The position numbers and the translations under genes were made by a program. A stretch of 64,000 nt of DNA from Candidatus Marinacidobacterales bacterium (GTDB lineage Bacteria > Acidobacteriota > Vicinamibacteria > Marinacidobacterales > SMYC01). Below are positions 39,211 to 49,970 of the stretch, in pieces. Position 1 is the stretch's first letter; each line of letters begins with the position of its first letter. The notes under the pieces are model-generated. The model had not been told where the DNA came from. It saw only the letters and a program-made list of their open reading frames with translations, and ran no database searches. Location of the stretch: assembly GCA_965224085.1 (NCBI GenBank), contig CBDCYI010000011.1, positions 1,152,001 to 1,216,000 on the forward strand. Reading direction: 5' to 3'.

Positions 39211-40477
39211 AGGCTGTTGCAAAAGCCCGTTTAGCGTCAAGGCGTTCATTTGTTTGAGCACAGGAGTGAGGCCGTTGGTTGTACTGCTTGTTAGGAACGC
39301 GCCTGTCGGGCACGGTCGAGCGTATTTTGCTTGTTGATGTCCGCGAGTTCTCGCAGACAATCCTGCAAGCTCTGCCATGCGGCGACGCCTTCGCGGATAC
39401 GCTTGTGTGCGGCTTGGGGCACATAGTAGCCGGTAGTCTTGCCGTGCTTGCCACGAAAATTGATATAGAGGTGAGGGCCATGCTTTGGCCCGGGCCCGTG
39501 GCACCGACAAGTGGGCGTACCGCAGGTACGATAGGTTTCGGAGGGTGTGCCGAAGATCGCCCTTCGCGCATATTGTTGAATCTGTTGTAGGAGCTGGTCC
39601 CGACGTTTACGTGGATCGGAATGAAGGGTTCGGCATTTTCGCTGTCCTTTCTTCGCCGCTTGACTCGAGCGATCGATATGAGGTTTTGGCTGATAACGCA
39701 CCACCCGACGTAACGCTTGAATCCTCGGTCGCCCTTGTAGGTGGCGCGAAGCATAGCGAAGCGGTGCTTGAGGGTGCTGATGCGGGACTCGACGCCCCCG
39801 CGCCACTTGAGGGCTCGACGGAACCAGCGCTTTTTTTGAACCTTGGCTCGTTTTTTCGAGGGTCGTCCTCGAGCCGGCAACACCACTTTCTTTACACCGA
39901 GATCTATGGCCTTGCGTTCATTGTCTGCCGAAAAGAATCCGCGGTCAGCGGTCGCCATCTCCGGCGCACGAGCGAACTGTTTTTTGTGTTGCTCCAGCGC
40001 GGGCATCCACTGAGTTTGGTCCGCCGGATTGCCTGCGGCAACTTCGTAGTGGCTAACAATGCCGTTCTCCACCTCATCAATTCGCACGAGTCGTCCAAAC
40101 TCGGTCGGCTTCCATGTTTTGCCTTTTCGGATCACGGCCGTATGCTCCTCGAACAGGCTGACGATCTTGTCCGGATGGTGACGATGGCCCCCTAAAACAC
40201 GGGCCTTTGTCTGAGCTAACACCTTTTTGCACAGTGGCAGATAATGTTCGAGTTGGCTCTGATTGCTTATGATGCTCACCAGCGAACCCACGACCGGAAG
40301 CTTTCCGCTCTTGAGCGACTGAATAACCTCGTCGGCTTGCCGGACCACGCTGCGCGCCGTGCCCATGAGCTTGCGATAACTTTGCTTGAACTTGACTTGG
40401 CTCGATTCGGTGAACGACTTGCTGGCGCGGTCGATCTCAAGCTGCCTGTTTTTCGTTGATCGGCTGTGGTCCACCAC
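39211..40477 (-). mobile_element. Second, 5'-truncated ISNCY/IS5-like element (transposase remnant plus DUF6788-like accessory gene)
   Basis: Transposase motifs DKIVSLFEEHT.VIRKGK..KPTEFG, ADRGF and WRGGVESRISTLKH; end sequence GGGCTTTTGCAACAGCCT abuts CTAG; N-terminus missing. Confidence 0.8.
39291..39636 (-). pseudogene. DUF6788-like Zn-binding accessory protein, 5' end frameshifted
   Basis: GTPSETYRTCGTPTCRCHGPGPKHGPHLY...YVP motif; the ATG at 39636 is out of frame with this body. Confidence 0.6.
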
Positions 40478-40546
40478 CTAGTCTCCCCTCACGTGGTTTT
40501 TGATTCTCTACCATCGACAAACATACTACCACTCCGTCAGGCGTAT

Positions 40547-42313
40547 TCAGCCCGCGGGAATCTGGAGAATCCGGATCGTGGGGCCCATGATCCGGCCCGG
40601 CTCCGGGGCGAACTCCCTCACGAGCGGGCAGATGTTGAAGAGCTTCTCGTAGCTCCGCGCCCGTTGGCTGTCGGTCCCGAACCGGTCGTACACCGTCGAG
40701 GACACGATCAAATATTGCACTCCGGCATCGCGGTAGTCTCGGACTGCCGTGCGCGCGAGGATCGATTCTTGGGTGATGCGAAATCGCTCGGGATCCAGAA
40801 CCGGCGTATGCCGCTCGACACCAAAGTGCGTGTCTTTAGGGAAGCGTCCTTCGATCCACACGGCCGCGAGTGAGCCCGTATCCACGAGCGTGGCGACCCG
40901 ATTGTGACGGAGTGTCATGTCGATCGGAAAGAGTAGGACGAGCGCGGTCATCAGGGCGACGAGCGTCGCGGACTGAATCGCCGGAAGGCGCCCCGGTCGG
41001 TCGACCCGGGCCTCGAGTCGCCGGCCGATGTCGGCGATCGTGAGACCGGCCAGGATGGCAAGGAAGGGATAGACCGGCATGAGGTTCCCCTCGAAGTAGA
41101 TCTTCTGCGAGCTGTAGAAGCTGTAATAAAGGATGGGGAACGCCAGGAACACGGTGAGCCTCCGATCGATGCGGTAGAGCGCGATGGCGAGACCGAGGAG
41201 GCCGAAGAGAAGCGGAAACAGGCCCGCGCCATAGCGCACGGTGTAGCTCGCGTGTGTGTACCAGTTGTCGACGCCCGACACGCCGGCGCGGCCGCTGAAG
41301 CCGTAGTTGTATATCCCGTAGCCCACGTCGTCGACGAAACGGGCGAGGTCGGCGAAGAAGTAAGGGCAGCCGACGGTGAAGCCGGCGACGGAGCCGGCAG
41401 CGCCGAGGTAGAGATCGGGCCCGGAAAGAAACGCCAGGCCCCGGCGGAAGAGGACGGCGGCTACGAACGGGATGAGAAGAAGCGCCGCGTTGTACTTCAC
41501 CGCCACGGTGAAGCCGACGGCGGCGCCCGCCGCGAAGGCGAGCGAGCGGCCCCCGCGATCGAGGTAGATCACGGTGACGAGAACGCTCACGGTGGAGAAG
41601 AGAACGAGCAGGGAATCGGGCTTGTTGTATTGAGAAACCTCGACGACGCCCGGGGCCACCGCCAGAATGGCGGCCGCCAACAGGCCGATACGGGTGCTGA
41701 AGACCCACCGGCCCAGCAGAAAGACGACGAGGACCACGAGGGTTCCGGGAATCACGCCCGCGCTGAAACGTCCCCAGAACAACATGTCTTCGACCTGCAG
41801 CTCGTGGATGCTCTCCCAGCGACCCCTTCCTGCAAGCAGGAAGTAGACGACGAGAAACGTCGCCACGTTCACATAGGGCTGGACGCTCGGGTGGTGCCAA
41901 TAGCGCGGGTTCATGTCGCCGCGCTTGATCATCTGCAAGTACGAATGGACGTACTCGTACTCGTCGGGAATGTAACTTTGGGGAAGCCCGCTCTTGACTC
42001 CGTCGTAACGAAGCGCGAAGGCGACGGCGAGAATGGCGGCAAGTAGGAGTGGGGTTTGGAAGCGGCGGAGGAGCGCCACGAGCGCTTGCCGATCACGCGG
42101 CAGGCCGTAGTGGGTCGCCAGAAACCAGGCTGCCGTGACGGTGAAGAGCGCGACGGCCAGCATCTTCCGCGAGACCGCCGGCTCCGCGAACTGGAGGTAG
42201 TAGGCGTTCGTGAGCAGCGTGGCCGACGAGACGACGAGGAGCGCGAAGCCAACGAGGCCACGGCTCCGCTTACTGGGGTGCCAGAATCCGCCGCCCCCGA
42301 GGCTCTCTGTCAT
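40547..42313 (-). CDS. GT39/ArnT-like (PMT family) integral membrane glycosyltransferase
   Basis: Multiple TM helices; YIPDE, NPRYWHHPS, SQYNKPD and VAVKYN motifs; ATGA overlap with the sdhB stop. Confidence 0.85.
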   Translation of the reverse strand: MTESLGGGGFWHPSKRSRGLVGFALLVVSSATLLTNAYYLQFAEPAVSRKMLAVALFTVTAAWFLATHYGLPRDRQALVALLRRFQTPLLLAAILAVAFALRYDGVKSGLPQSYIPDEYEYVHSYLQMIKRGDMNPRYWHHPSVQPYVNVATFLVVYFLLAGRGRWESIHELQVEDMLFWGRFSAGVIPGTLVVLVVFLLGRWVFSTRIGLLAAAILAVAPGVVEVSQYNKPDSLLVLFSTVSVLVTVIYLDRGGRSLAFAAGAAVGFTVAVKYNAALLLIPFVAAVLFRRGLAFLSGPDLYLGAAGSVAGFTVGCPYFFADLARFVDDVGYGIYNYGFSGRAGVSGVDNWYTHASYTVRYGAGLFPLLFGLLGLAIALYRIDRRLTVFLAFPILYYSFYSSQKIYFEGNLMPVYPFLAILAGLTIADIGRRLEARVDRPGRLPAIQSATLVALMTALVLLFPIDMTLRHNRVATLVDTGSLAAVWIEGRFPKDTHFGVERHTPVLDPERFRITQESILARTAVRDYRDAGVQYLIVSSTVYDRFGTDSQRARSYEKLFNICPLVREFAPEPGRIMGPTIRILQIPAG

Positions 42314-43083
42314 CGCGTCGACCGGCGGTTTGTGTGCGTCACGCCTTTCAATTTGGCTCTTAAATAATCGCGATTCATCTTCGCGATCCAGTCGACGCTG
42401 ATCGCTTTCGTGCAGACCGCTTCGCACTCGCGATAGTTGGAACAGCTCCCAAAGAGCTCGGACTCCATCTGCTCGACCATACTGACCGCACGCGTGTCAC
42501 GCTCCGGCTGTCCTTGGGGGAGAAGACTGAGATGGCCGACTTTCGCGGCGGTGAAGAGCTGCCCGGCGCCATTGGGACATTGTGCGACGCAGGCGCCACA
42601 GCCGATGCAAGTGGCGGCGTCGAAAGCGTCGTCGGCGACGTCTTTCGGGATCGGCATCAAATTGGCTTCGGGGGCGCTCCCAGTGTTGACGGAGATGAAG
42701 CCTCCCGCTTGGATGATGCGGTCGAAGGCGGACCGGTCGACCATCAAGTCCTGCACGATCGAAAAGCGGTCGCGCGCCACGGCTCGATGACGATTGTGTC
42801 GCCGTCTACGAACTCGCGCATGTGGAGCTGACACGTCGTCGTGCGCGCTCTCGGCCCGTGCGCTTGACCGTCCACCATCATGCTGCACGCGCCGCAAATG
42901 CCTTCGCGGCAGTCATGGTCGAAACCGACCGGACGCTGGCCTTGTTCTTCGAGGCGCTCGTTTAACATGTCCAGCATTTCCAGGAAGGAATAGTCTGGGC
43001 TGATGTCGTCGACTTCGTAGGTCTGAAGCGCGCCCGGAGCGTTTCTTCGTCTCCTGGCGCCAGACTTTCAGGGTCAACCTCAC
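42310..43083 (-). pseudogene. sdhB: Succinate dehydrogenase/fumarate reductase Fe-S subunit with two frameshifts
   Basis: [10 protein letters not shown] / [13 protein letters not shown] / CIGCGACVAQCP / CSNYRECEAVC are split by frameshifts near 43043 and 42762. Confidence 0.88.
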
Positions 43084-44993
43084 TATTTATAGCTCCTTTG
43101 GGTGAGCTGCACGGCTTCGAACTCGAGGGGCTCGTTGTGAAGCGTGGGGGACGAGAAGTCTCCCGTGTGCTCCCAAGCGGAGACGTGGATGAAGTTCTCG
43201 TCGTCGCGCAAAGCTTCGCCTTCGCTCGTTTGGGATTCTTCCCGGAAGTGGCCGCCGCAGGACTCTTTGCGATCGAGCGCGTCGATGCACATGAGCTCCG
43301 CGAGCTCGAAGAAATCGGCCACGCGGCCCGCGCGCTCGAGCGACAAGTTCAACCCTTCGCCGTTTCTCGTGAGATTCAAATTGGCGTGAAACTCTTCGCG
43401 CAGCGCTGGAATCTTCTGGAGCGCGCTCTCGAGCGCTGCCTCACTCCGTGACATCCCGCACTCTTCGCGCACGATTTGGCCGAGCTCGCGATGGAACGAG
43501 TCCACCGTACGCTTGCCGTTCGCTTTCATGAATTTTGCGAGGCGTTCGGACACTTCTTTCTCGGTTTGCTGAAACGCCGCCCCACTCGAGCTCGCGGTCT
43601 CACCGAGATGCGGAGCGAGGTAGCTTGCGAGCGTATAAGGCACGATGAAGTAGCCGTCGGCTAGTCCTTGCATGAGCGCGCTCGCGCCGAGACGGTTCAC
43701 ACCGTGATCGGAGAAATTGGCTTCACCAATGACGAAGAGACCATCGACGTTGCTCATCAAGTTGTAGTCGACCCAGAACCCGCCCATCGTGTAGTGAGGG
43801 GCGGGGTAGATGCGCATCGGAACTTCGTAGGGATTTTCACCCGTGATGCGCTCGTACATCTCGAAACGGTTTCCGTATTTCGCTTCGATGGCGTCGCGGC
43901 CTAGGCGTCTAATTGCGTCGGCGAAGTCGAGGTAGACGCCGTTTTTCAACGGGCCCACGCCCCGGCCGTCGTCGACGACGCCTTTGGCGTTGCGCGAGGC
44001 GACGTCGCGAGGGACGAGGTTCCCAAAGCTCGGATAGCGACGCTCGAGATAGTAGTCCCGCTCGCCGTCCGGAATGTCGCGCGCCCGGCGGCTGTCCGCC
44101 GCGTTTTTCGCGACCCAGATGCGGCCATCGTTTCTGAGCGATTCGCTCATCAGTGTGAGCTTCGACTGGTACTCGCCTGATTGCGGGATGCACGTCGGGT
44201 GGATTTGGGTGAAGCAAGGGTTGGCAAAGAGCGCGCCGCGGCGGTGCGCCCGCCACGCCGCCGTGACGTTGCACGCTTTCGCGTTCGTCGAAAGAAAGTA
44301 GACGTTGCTGTAGCCGCCGGTGGCGAGCACGACAGCGTGTCCAGCGTGCGAGGCGATCTCACCGCTCACGAGGTCGCGGGTCACGATGCCCTGCGCCCGG
44401 CCGTCTTCGACGACGACGTCGAGCATCTCGGTGCGCGAGAACATCTGGACCGTTCCGGCGTCGATTTGGCGCGCCAGAGCTTGATAAGCGCCGAGCAAGA
44501 GCTGTTGTCCCGTTTGTCCGCGCGCGTAGAACGTCCGCGCCACCTGGGCGCCGCCAAACGAGCGGTTGTCCAAAAGCCCGCCATATTCACGCGCGAAGGG
44601 GACCCCTTGCGCGACCGCCTGGTCGATGATCTCGACACTGACTTCGGCGAGACGGTAGACGTTGGACTCACGGGAGCGGAAGTCGCCGCCTTTGATCGTG
44701 TCGTAGAAGAGGCGGAACGTGCTGTCGCCGTCGTTGCGATAGTTTTTCGCGGCGTTGATGCCGCCTTGGGCCGCGATCGAATGCGCGCGTCTCGGGCTGT
44801 CCTGGAAGCAGAAGCACTTCACGTTGTAGCCCGCTTCCCCTAGGGTGGCCGCGGCGGCAGCGCCCGCGAGGCCCGAGCCGACGACCACGATTTCGAACTT
44901 CCTCCGGTTGTTGGGCGCGACCAGCTTCAAATGGTCGCGGTAGCTGCTCCATTGCGACTCGAGCGGTCCCGACGGTGCCTTAGCGTCCAACAT
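43083..44993 (-). CDS. sdhA: Succinate dehydrogenase/fumarate reductase flavoprotein subunit
   Basis: [33 protein letters not shown] and HYTMGG motifs; open frame, but with substitutions at conserved sites. Confidence 0.93.
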   Translation of the reverse strand: MLDAKAPSGPLESQWSSYRDHLKLVAPNNRRKFEIVVVGSGLAGAAAAATLGEAGYNVKCFCFQDSPRRAHSIAAQGGINAAKNYRNDGDSTFRLFYDTIKGGDFRSRESNVYRLAEVSVEIIDQAVAQGVPFAREYGGLLDNRSFGGAQVARTFYARGQTGQQLLLGAYQALARQIDAGTVQMFSRTEMLDVVVEDGRAQGIVTRDLVSGEIASHAGHAVVLATGGYSNVYFLSTNAKACNVTAAWRAHRRGALFANPCFTQIHPTCIPQSGEYQSKLTLMSESLRNDGRIWVAKNAADSRRARDIPDGERDYYLERRYPSFGNLVPRDVASRNAKGVVDDGRGVGPLKNGVYLDFADAIRRLGRDAIEAKYGNRFEMYERITGENPYEVPMRIYPAPHYTMGGFWVDYNLMSNVDGLFVIGEANFSDHGVNRLGASALMQGLADGYFIVPYTLASYLAPHLGETASSSGAAFQQTEKEVSERLAKFMKANGKRTVDSFHRELGQIVREECGMSRSEAALESALQKIPALREEFHANLNLTRNGEGLNLSLERAGRVADFFELAELMCIDALDRKESCGGHFREESQTSEGEALRDDENFIHVSAWEHTGDFSSPTLHNEPLEFEAVQLTQRSYK

Positions 44994-45005
44994 AACATCA
45001 ACAAG

Positions 45006-45659
45006 TCACGAAACGATGCCCGTCAGCACGGCGAGGGGTACGCTTACGAACCCGAGGCTCACCACGACCGCGAAAGCGACGGCGAAGTAGCGCCGCCAGG
45101 CGTTGTAGCTCGGATGGTTGAGGCCGAGCGATTGAAACATGCTCCACAGGCCGTGATAGAGATGCATCCCGAGCAGCAGGTTTGCCGCGACATAGATGAG
45201 CGCTATCGGCGCGACCTGAAAACCGTTGACCAAGTTGGCGTAGGGACTGCCGATCACGAAGTTGTGATGGACGTTCCCCCAAGTCAAGTGCATGAGGTGA
45301 TAGACGATGTACAAAGCAATGAGATAACCGCTCCAGCGCATCGTTCTGGCCGCGTAGTCGAGCTGCATGTTCTGGCGGGTCTCGTAGTCTTTGTCACGCG
45401 CGCGCCGGTTGATGAGCGTGAGAGACGTCGCCGACCACACGTGGAGAACGAGCGCTAGGGTCAGGGCGCCGCGGACGAGCCAAAGAATTCCTGACTCGTG
45501 GAAAAGAGGCATTCCCATTTCGCGCAAGAATTCCGCATAGGCGTTGAATTTTTCGGCGCCTTGGAAGACTTTCAGGTTTCCGGTCATGTGGCCGAGGATC
45601 CATCCGAAGAGGATGAAGCCGGTCACCGCCATGATGGATTTCTTCGCGATCGAAGACAT
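45006..45659 (-). CDS. sdhC: Succinate dehydrogenase cytochrome b subunit (Bacillus/Bacteroides-type)
   Basis: SSIAKKSIMAVTG...HMTGNL...HLYHGLWSMFQSLG heme-ligand His pattern. Confidence 0.9.
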   Translation of the reverse strand: MSSIAKKSIMAVTGFILFGWILGHMTGNLKVFQGAEKFNAYAEFLREMGMPLFHESGILWLVRGALTLALVLHVWSATSLTLINRRARDKDYETRQNMQLDYAARTMRWSGYLIALYIVYHLMHLTWGNVHHNFVIGSPYANLVNGFQVAPIALIYVAANLLLGMHLYHGLWSMFQSLGLNHPSYNAWRRYFAVAFAVVVSLGFVSVPLAVLTGIVS

Positions 45660-45752
45660 TCTCTACTAAAGCTTACTTATCTTTGATCTGATCGCGCAAT
45701 CCCAGGTTGCTGATCAATCGATGAACATAGTTAGTGTCTCTTCCGGGGATGG

Positions 45753-46274
45753 TCGAAACCCCTCGCCTTTAGGCGAAGAGAAGATCGTGGTATTGTGGCC
45801 GCGTGCGTCACTACAGGCACGGAGCGCACACGAAAACGGACCTAAAAGCGCACATCGTTTGGATACCGAAATATCGTAAAAAGGTTTTGATCGGTCCAGT
45901 AGCGGTTCGTGTGCGCGATCTGATTCGTCAGATCGCGATGGAACATGAGCTGCACATAATCTCGGGTAAGGTTGCACGCGACCACGTCCACGTGTTCGTA
46001 TCCTACCGACCACACCAGGACCTGAGTACGATCGTGCAGTGGCTAAAAGGAATAAGCTCCCGAGTACTCCTTCAGGAGTTTGCTCACCTGAGGAAGAAGT
46101 TTTGGGGCCGGCACTTCTGGGCCCGAGGATATCTGGCGGTGAGTTCAGGAAGCATAACGGACGAGATGGTAAAGGAGTACATAGACTCCCAGGATGGCGA
46201 GCCTCTTCACGACGACAGTCAATTTCCAATTGACAGCCCTTGAAGCAACCGCCTTCTAGGCGGTGGTTGTTCAC
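45753..46274 (+). mobile_element. IS200/IS605-family element (tnpA only)
   Basis: Subterminal hairpins CTCGCC-TTTA-GGCGAAG (left) and ACCGCC-TTCTA-GGCGGT (right); right end TTCAC. Left boundary approximate. Confidence 0.8.
45803..46243 (+). CDS. tnpA: IS200-type Y1 HUH transposase
   Basis: HIVWIPKYRK, DHVHV (HUH), LKGISSR, FWARGY and VKEYI (catalytic Tyr). Confidence 0.95.
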   Translation: MRHYRHGAHTKTDLKAHIVWIPKYRKKVLIGPVAVRVRDLIRQIAMEHELHIISGKVARDHVHVFVSYRPHQDLSTIVQWLKGISSRVLLQEFAHLRKKFWGRHFWARGYLAVSSGSITDEMVKEYIDSQDGEPLHDDSQFPIDSP

Positions 46275-47233
46275 TTCCTGTCCAGAAACACCATAACTTG
46301 TGGTGTACGAGAGGCCTATCGAAGATGTGGGTATTATACGTTTTCAGTCGGCACCTCGTAGGCTCGGAAGCGAATGAAAATCTTGGACGAAACGAGAGGC
46401 GAATCGTCAGCAATCCATGGCTATAAACGCAGTAAGAGTAATCATTATTATCGTAATAGGTGCCTTGCCATTACCAACAGGTTGCAGGTGATGATGGAAC
46501 TCCATACGTAGGATTTGAAAGAAGGCAATGAGCGCCATGTGCATCGGTCGAGACCAAAGACTCGTTTCAAGAACGAAATGACGCCTTCGATTCCGCAGCG
46601 AAATCGCCGTAGGCGTTGATAGACCCAGGAACTCTTGACCATATCGGTCACCGCGAAGTGAGCCTTGGTAAAGGCAACATCTTCAACTCCCTTGCCTTTG
46701 ATGGCTTCCAAGTTTGCCTTTGAAGAAAACGCGCCATCGTAGGCAACCTGGCGCGGGGCCCGTTCGTAGAGTTCGACTTGACGGTCGATCATGGTTTCCG
46801 CGAGAGTTGAATCGGACGGATTCCCATCCAAGATCACGCAATCCAAAATCATCGAGGACGAGCCACCAGTCAAACACACCTTGTGACCGTAGAGAGTCTC
46901 GCGCCGGTCTTTGCGAATAATGTCGGTGTGTTCTTCGAAGATCGAAACGACCTTTTCCTCCGCAGGCACACGCTCTTCATCAATCACTCTACGCCGAGTT
47001 TGGTTGATGACTTTTTCGGTGAGGACGAGAAAGTGCTTAAAATCCGCGGCGATCTTCTCCGCACTCGCTCGCTTCACCGGCTCGGTCAAGCCGGACTCGT
47101 CCAACTGGTCTGCAACGCGTTGAGCGGAGCGATAGGTTTCTTCCGACACCTTCAGTAGATCTCGATAGACGCGACGCCTTTGTTCCTTATCCTTCGCGTT
47201 TAGAACTCCCAGTCGACGTCTCTTCGCTCGACG
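46275..47233 (-). mobile_element. Truncated inverted second copy of the 37521-39202 IS
   Basis: 959 bp matching the reverse complement of 38244-39202; one substitution seen just after the stop codon. Confidence 0.92.
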
Positions 47234-47410
47234 GCGTTTCGAGGAAGCCAGGGGCGGCGTCATCGTCGAGCTCGAATCCGTCAGCCTGAGCCGCGGCGTG
47301 CCAGCTGCACTGAGATGGCTCGTCGGCCGCTATCTCGACTCCGTGCCCCGTGAGTCCATCGCGGCAACGCTCGAGCCGATCCAGCGTGAAGCGCCTCGCA
47401 CGTTTGTGAC
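47234..47410 (+). pseudogene. C-terminal remnant of a conserved acidobacterial hypothetical protein
   Basis: RFEEARGGVIVELESVSLSRGVPAALRWLVG.YLDSVPRES; cut at the IS remnant. Confidence 0.45.
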
Positions 47411-47593
47411 CTATCGACCAAAGGCCAAGCTGACCGAGATCGACAACCCAAAGGGGCCCACCAGGGCTCCTTTGGGTTGTCTAAGGCTTCCGCGAAGCGG
47501 CGCGGCTGGCCCAGAAATTTTCCCCGCCGCTGAGCCTGGAAGTCTAGACGCAACTCACGCCGCGCTTCGTACCCCGGCTCAACTATCGGTCCT

Positions 47594-48016
47594 TCAAGTC
47601 GCATCTCGACTTTGAACAGCGATTCTATTCACGGCGCGCTTTACGACCTCTCTTCTGTAACGGGAAGTATCCTGAGGCTGTGCACCCGCATCCACGTCGT
47701 ATCTTGCCGTTATGGTAAAATTTCCTTCTGCCGGCTGTGATTGCATAAAGATCTTGACACGCGTGGGGTACGGGTTTTCTTTATCTCCAGCCCATTCCCA
47801 GGTTATCGTCCCAACGAGGTCTGGCGCGTCCGATTGGTTGACGCTTGCTCCGGCTGCAGCGAGCGCTTCTTCCAGATCCGCTGTGATTTCTTCAGCATAT
47901 TCACCTTCGAGCTGAATTTCACCGATGGCAACTCCTTCAAGTCGTGTTGATGACCCGCAGCTCATGCCCATCCCTGCAATAAGGAGAACAACAAGAAACA
48001 GAAGCACTCGTTTCAT
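47594..48016 (-). CDS. Putative lipoprotein, hypothetical
   Basis: MKRVLLFLVVLLIAGMGMSC signal peptide with Cys; RBS AAGGAAGG. Confidence 0.65.
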   Translation of the reverse strand: MKRVLLFLVVLLIAGMGMSCGSSTRLEGVAIGEIQLEGEYAEEITADLEEALAAAGASVNQSDAPDLVGTITWEWAGDKENPYPTRVKIFMQSQPAEGNFTITARYDVDAGAQPQDTSRYRREVVKRAVNRIAVQSRDAT

Positions 48017-48346
48017 GATTCCTTCCTTTCTCTTAATCCACCGTCTCTATGGCTGCCTAACACCAAGGCCGGGTCGAAGTGAAGCAGGAATACCAACGCC
48101 GCCCTTGATTGGTGGCGCCAGGATCGGTGGCGGCGTCATCATACACCTCCCGACGCGCCGATGTGACCCCTCCGTTCGACCATCGCCGAAGATGTCGTCC
48201 TCGCCGCTGTGGATCTGTCCTTCGGCGTCGTGTCATCGTTTGTCGATTCCTCCAGTGTGCGACGCACATGACAACGGAGTCTCGGCGCTCCTATAACTTT
48301 GGTAGCGGCCGATGAGATACTTCAACAGAAGCGAGGAGCGTAGCCC

Positions 48347-48805
48347 ATGACCGAAGCGAAGGCGTTTCAGCGACCGAGTCGAATAGAGGCCCTCTTCAAT
48401 CGTTTGATGGGCAGGCTTGTCGCAATCGGGCTGGGCCCCGGATACATGCGTGTTCTCGATGTCCGAGGGCGAAAGTCGGGGCGCGTGCTCTCGACCCCCG
48501 TCAACCTACTCGAGCTGGACGGCGCGCAGTATCTTGTGGCGCCCCGAGGAAACACAAATTGGGTTCGAAATGCCCGGGCTGCAGGTCGGGTGAAGTTGCG
48601 TCGCGGCAGCAGTAGCTTCAACTATCGGGTCGAGGAGATTCCCCCGGAGGAAAGGCCGGATGTTCTGAAGGCGTATCTGAGCGCATACGCTCGGGAAGTA
48701 CGCCGCTATTTCTCAGTGCAGGATGGAGCGGACCGTGAGGCCTTCTTGGCCGCCTCCGCCAAGAACCCCTTGTTTAGGCTGCATGTCACCGACGAAACTG
48801 TCTAG
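48347..48805 (+). CDS. Deazaflavin-dependent nitroreductase-family (Ddn-like) protein
   Basis: VRGRKSGR..STPV and YLVAPRGNTNWVRNARAAG motifs. Confidence 0.85.
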   Translation: MTEAKAFQRPSRIEALFNRLMGRLVAIGLGPGYMRVLDVRGRKSGRVLSTPVNLLELDGAQYLVAPRGNTNWVRNARAAGRVKLRRGSSSFNYRVEEIPPEERPDVLKAYLSAYAREVRRYFSVQDGADREAFLAASAKNPLFRLHVTDETV

Positions 48806-48859
48806 CGGCCAGAAGGATGTGGGAGCTCGGCCGCTGCTTCCGCGCCCTGGCTCTTGGGT

Positions 48860-49267
48860 TCATTCTCGCTTCGCGGGTAGGACGTCTCGGCCGGACTCCT
48901 TCCAGGCCTCGATCCCGCCCTCGAGGATTCAGGCATTGAATCCGAGCTCTCGGAGACGCGCCGCGGCGCGCCGGCTGATGAGGTGTCCATGCGCGCAGTA
49001 GACGATGATCTCACGATCTTTCGGAAGCTCGTGACCCCATTCGCCGACGAGCTTTGGATCTTGCCATTTCGCCGAGGCGATCAATTGGGGCGCCTCATCA
49101 AAATCTGAGGCCAGGCGAACGTCGAGCAGGAGGGGCTGCTGCTCTTCTTCGAGCATTTTGTGAAGCTCATCGAGCGTGACCGCGTAATCAGCCGCGTTCT
49201 CGCGGCAACCTTGGGCGGACCCGAGAAGCCCCAGGACAGGCACGAAAATCGCTACACGGACATTCAT
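48860..49267 (-). pseudogene. Exported rhodanese-like protein with an in-frame nonsense codon
   Basis: LLLDVR...IVYCAHG...GFNA-TGA-ILEGGIEAWK: the conserved LEGG..AW continues in frame after the TGA at 48929-48931. Confidence 0.8.
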
Positions 49268-49346
49268 AGACTTACCTCTCGCGCCAATTTAGACGGGAAC
49301 GAGGGTAGGATCAAGACCTCGTCGAGTCGGACACGTGCTCTGTCCT

Positions 49347-49449
49347 TCTCGACTGCAAACGCATCGTCCTCACGCACATGAGCGCCGACATGCTCGCGCA
49401 CCTTCCCGATCTCGCACTCGAGGCGGCGCACGGCGAAATCGTTCTTTGA
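49347..49449 (+). pseudogene. C-terminal remnant of an MBL-fold metallo-hydrolase
   Basis: LDCKRIVLTHMSADML..L...EAAHGEIVL*. Confidence 0.55.
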
Positions 49450-49519
49450 CAGGGTCGAGTTTCGACGTGACCTGACCAACGCTTCTATTCTGTAAGGTCT
49501 GTCAGGGCGGGCAAACCCG

Positions 49520-49970
49520 CTACTTCACGAAGTCATCGAACTGCTCGGCGAGCCAGTCGAAAGCGCCTGGGATCAGATCCCACGGGCCTATTAGCTCGTG
49601 AGAGCAATGGAGCGCGTCTTGAACCTCTTCCCCATCTGTTGGAAGCTCCAAATTGAGAAGGGCGGCTGCGGCGATGGGATTCTCTTCTAACGCGCGCCCG
49701 AGCGCCTTCCGCGATCGCTTTCCATCTCCGTGACGCCCAAAAGCGGCGAGTGCGTCGGCGTATTGCCACAGCGACTCCTCACTAGACTCGTAGACTTCGA
49801 TGTGATGTTCGGCGTCCTGGAACCGGCGCGCTTCCAGTAGCGCTGTGAGGAGGCAATAGCGAACGGACTGGCGGTCGCCTTCATCGTGCTCGAGAACTTG
49901 CTCGAAACAGGCCATCGCTTTGTCTGCCTCGTCTACATTCTCGAGCGCATGCCCGAGGCCGTGAAGTGCT
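49520..49970 (-). pseudogene. TPR-like protein C-terminus, truncated by IS5
   Basis: ALHGLGHAL...FEQVLEHDEGDRQSVRY...RALEENP; the 5' part is replaced by the IS end. Confidence 0.65.

Noticed and set aside
45803-46274. TnpB/IscB RNA-guided nuclease with the IS200 element
   Set aside because: The right-end hairpin follows the tnpA stop directly, leaving no room for tnpB. The HNH proteins elsewhere show no RuvC or PLMP motifs that I can see.
37521-47233. Composite transposon carrying sdhCAB
   Set aside because: The second IS copy lacks its outer end, so there is no matched pair of outward termini or shared target duplication.
48057-48269. Short ORF with an HLRRWSNGG HNH-like snippet
   Set aside because: No supporting Cys/His pattern in any frame; too weak to call.
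48929-48931. In-frame TGA in the rhodanese gene as selenocysteine
   Set aside because: It is not at the catalytic Cys (VYCAHG is intact). It fits a CGA-to-TGA change in NARILEGG, and nonsense mutations occur nearby.
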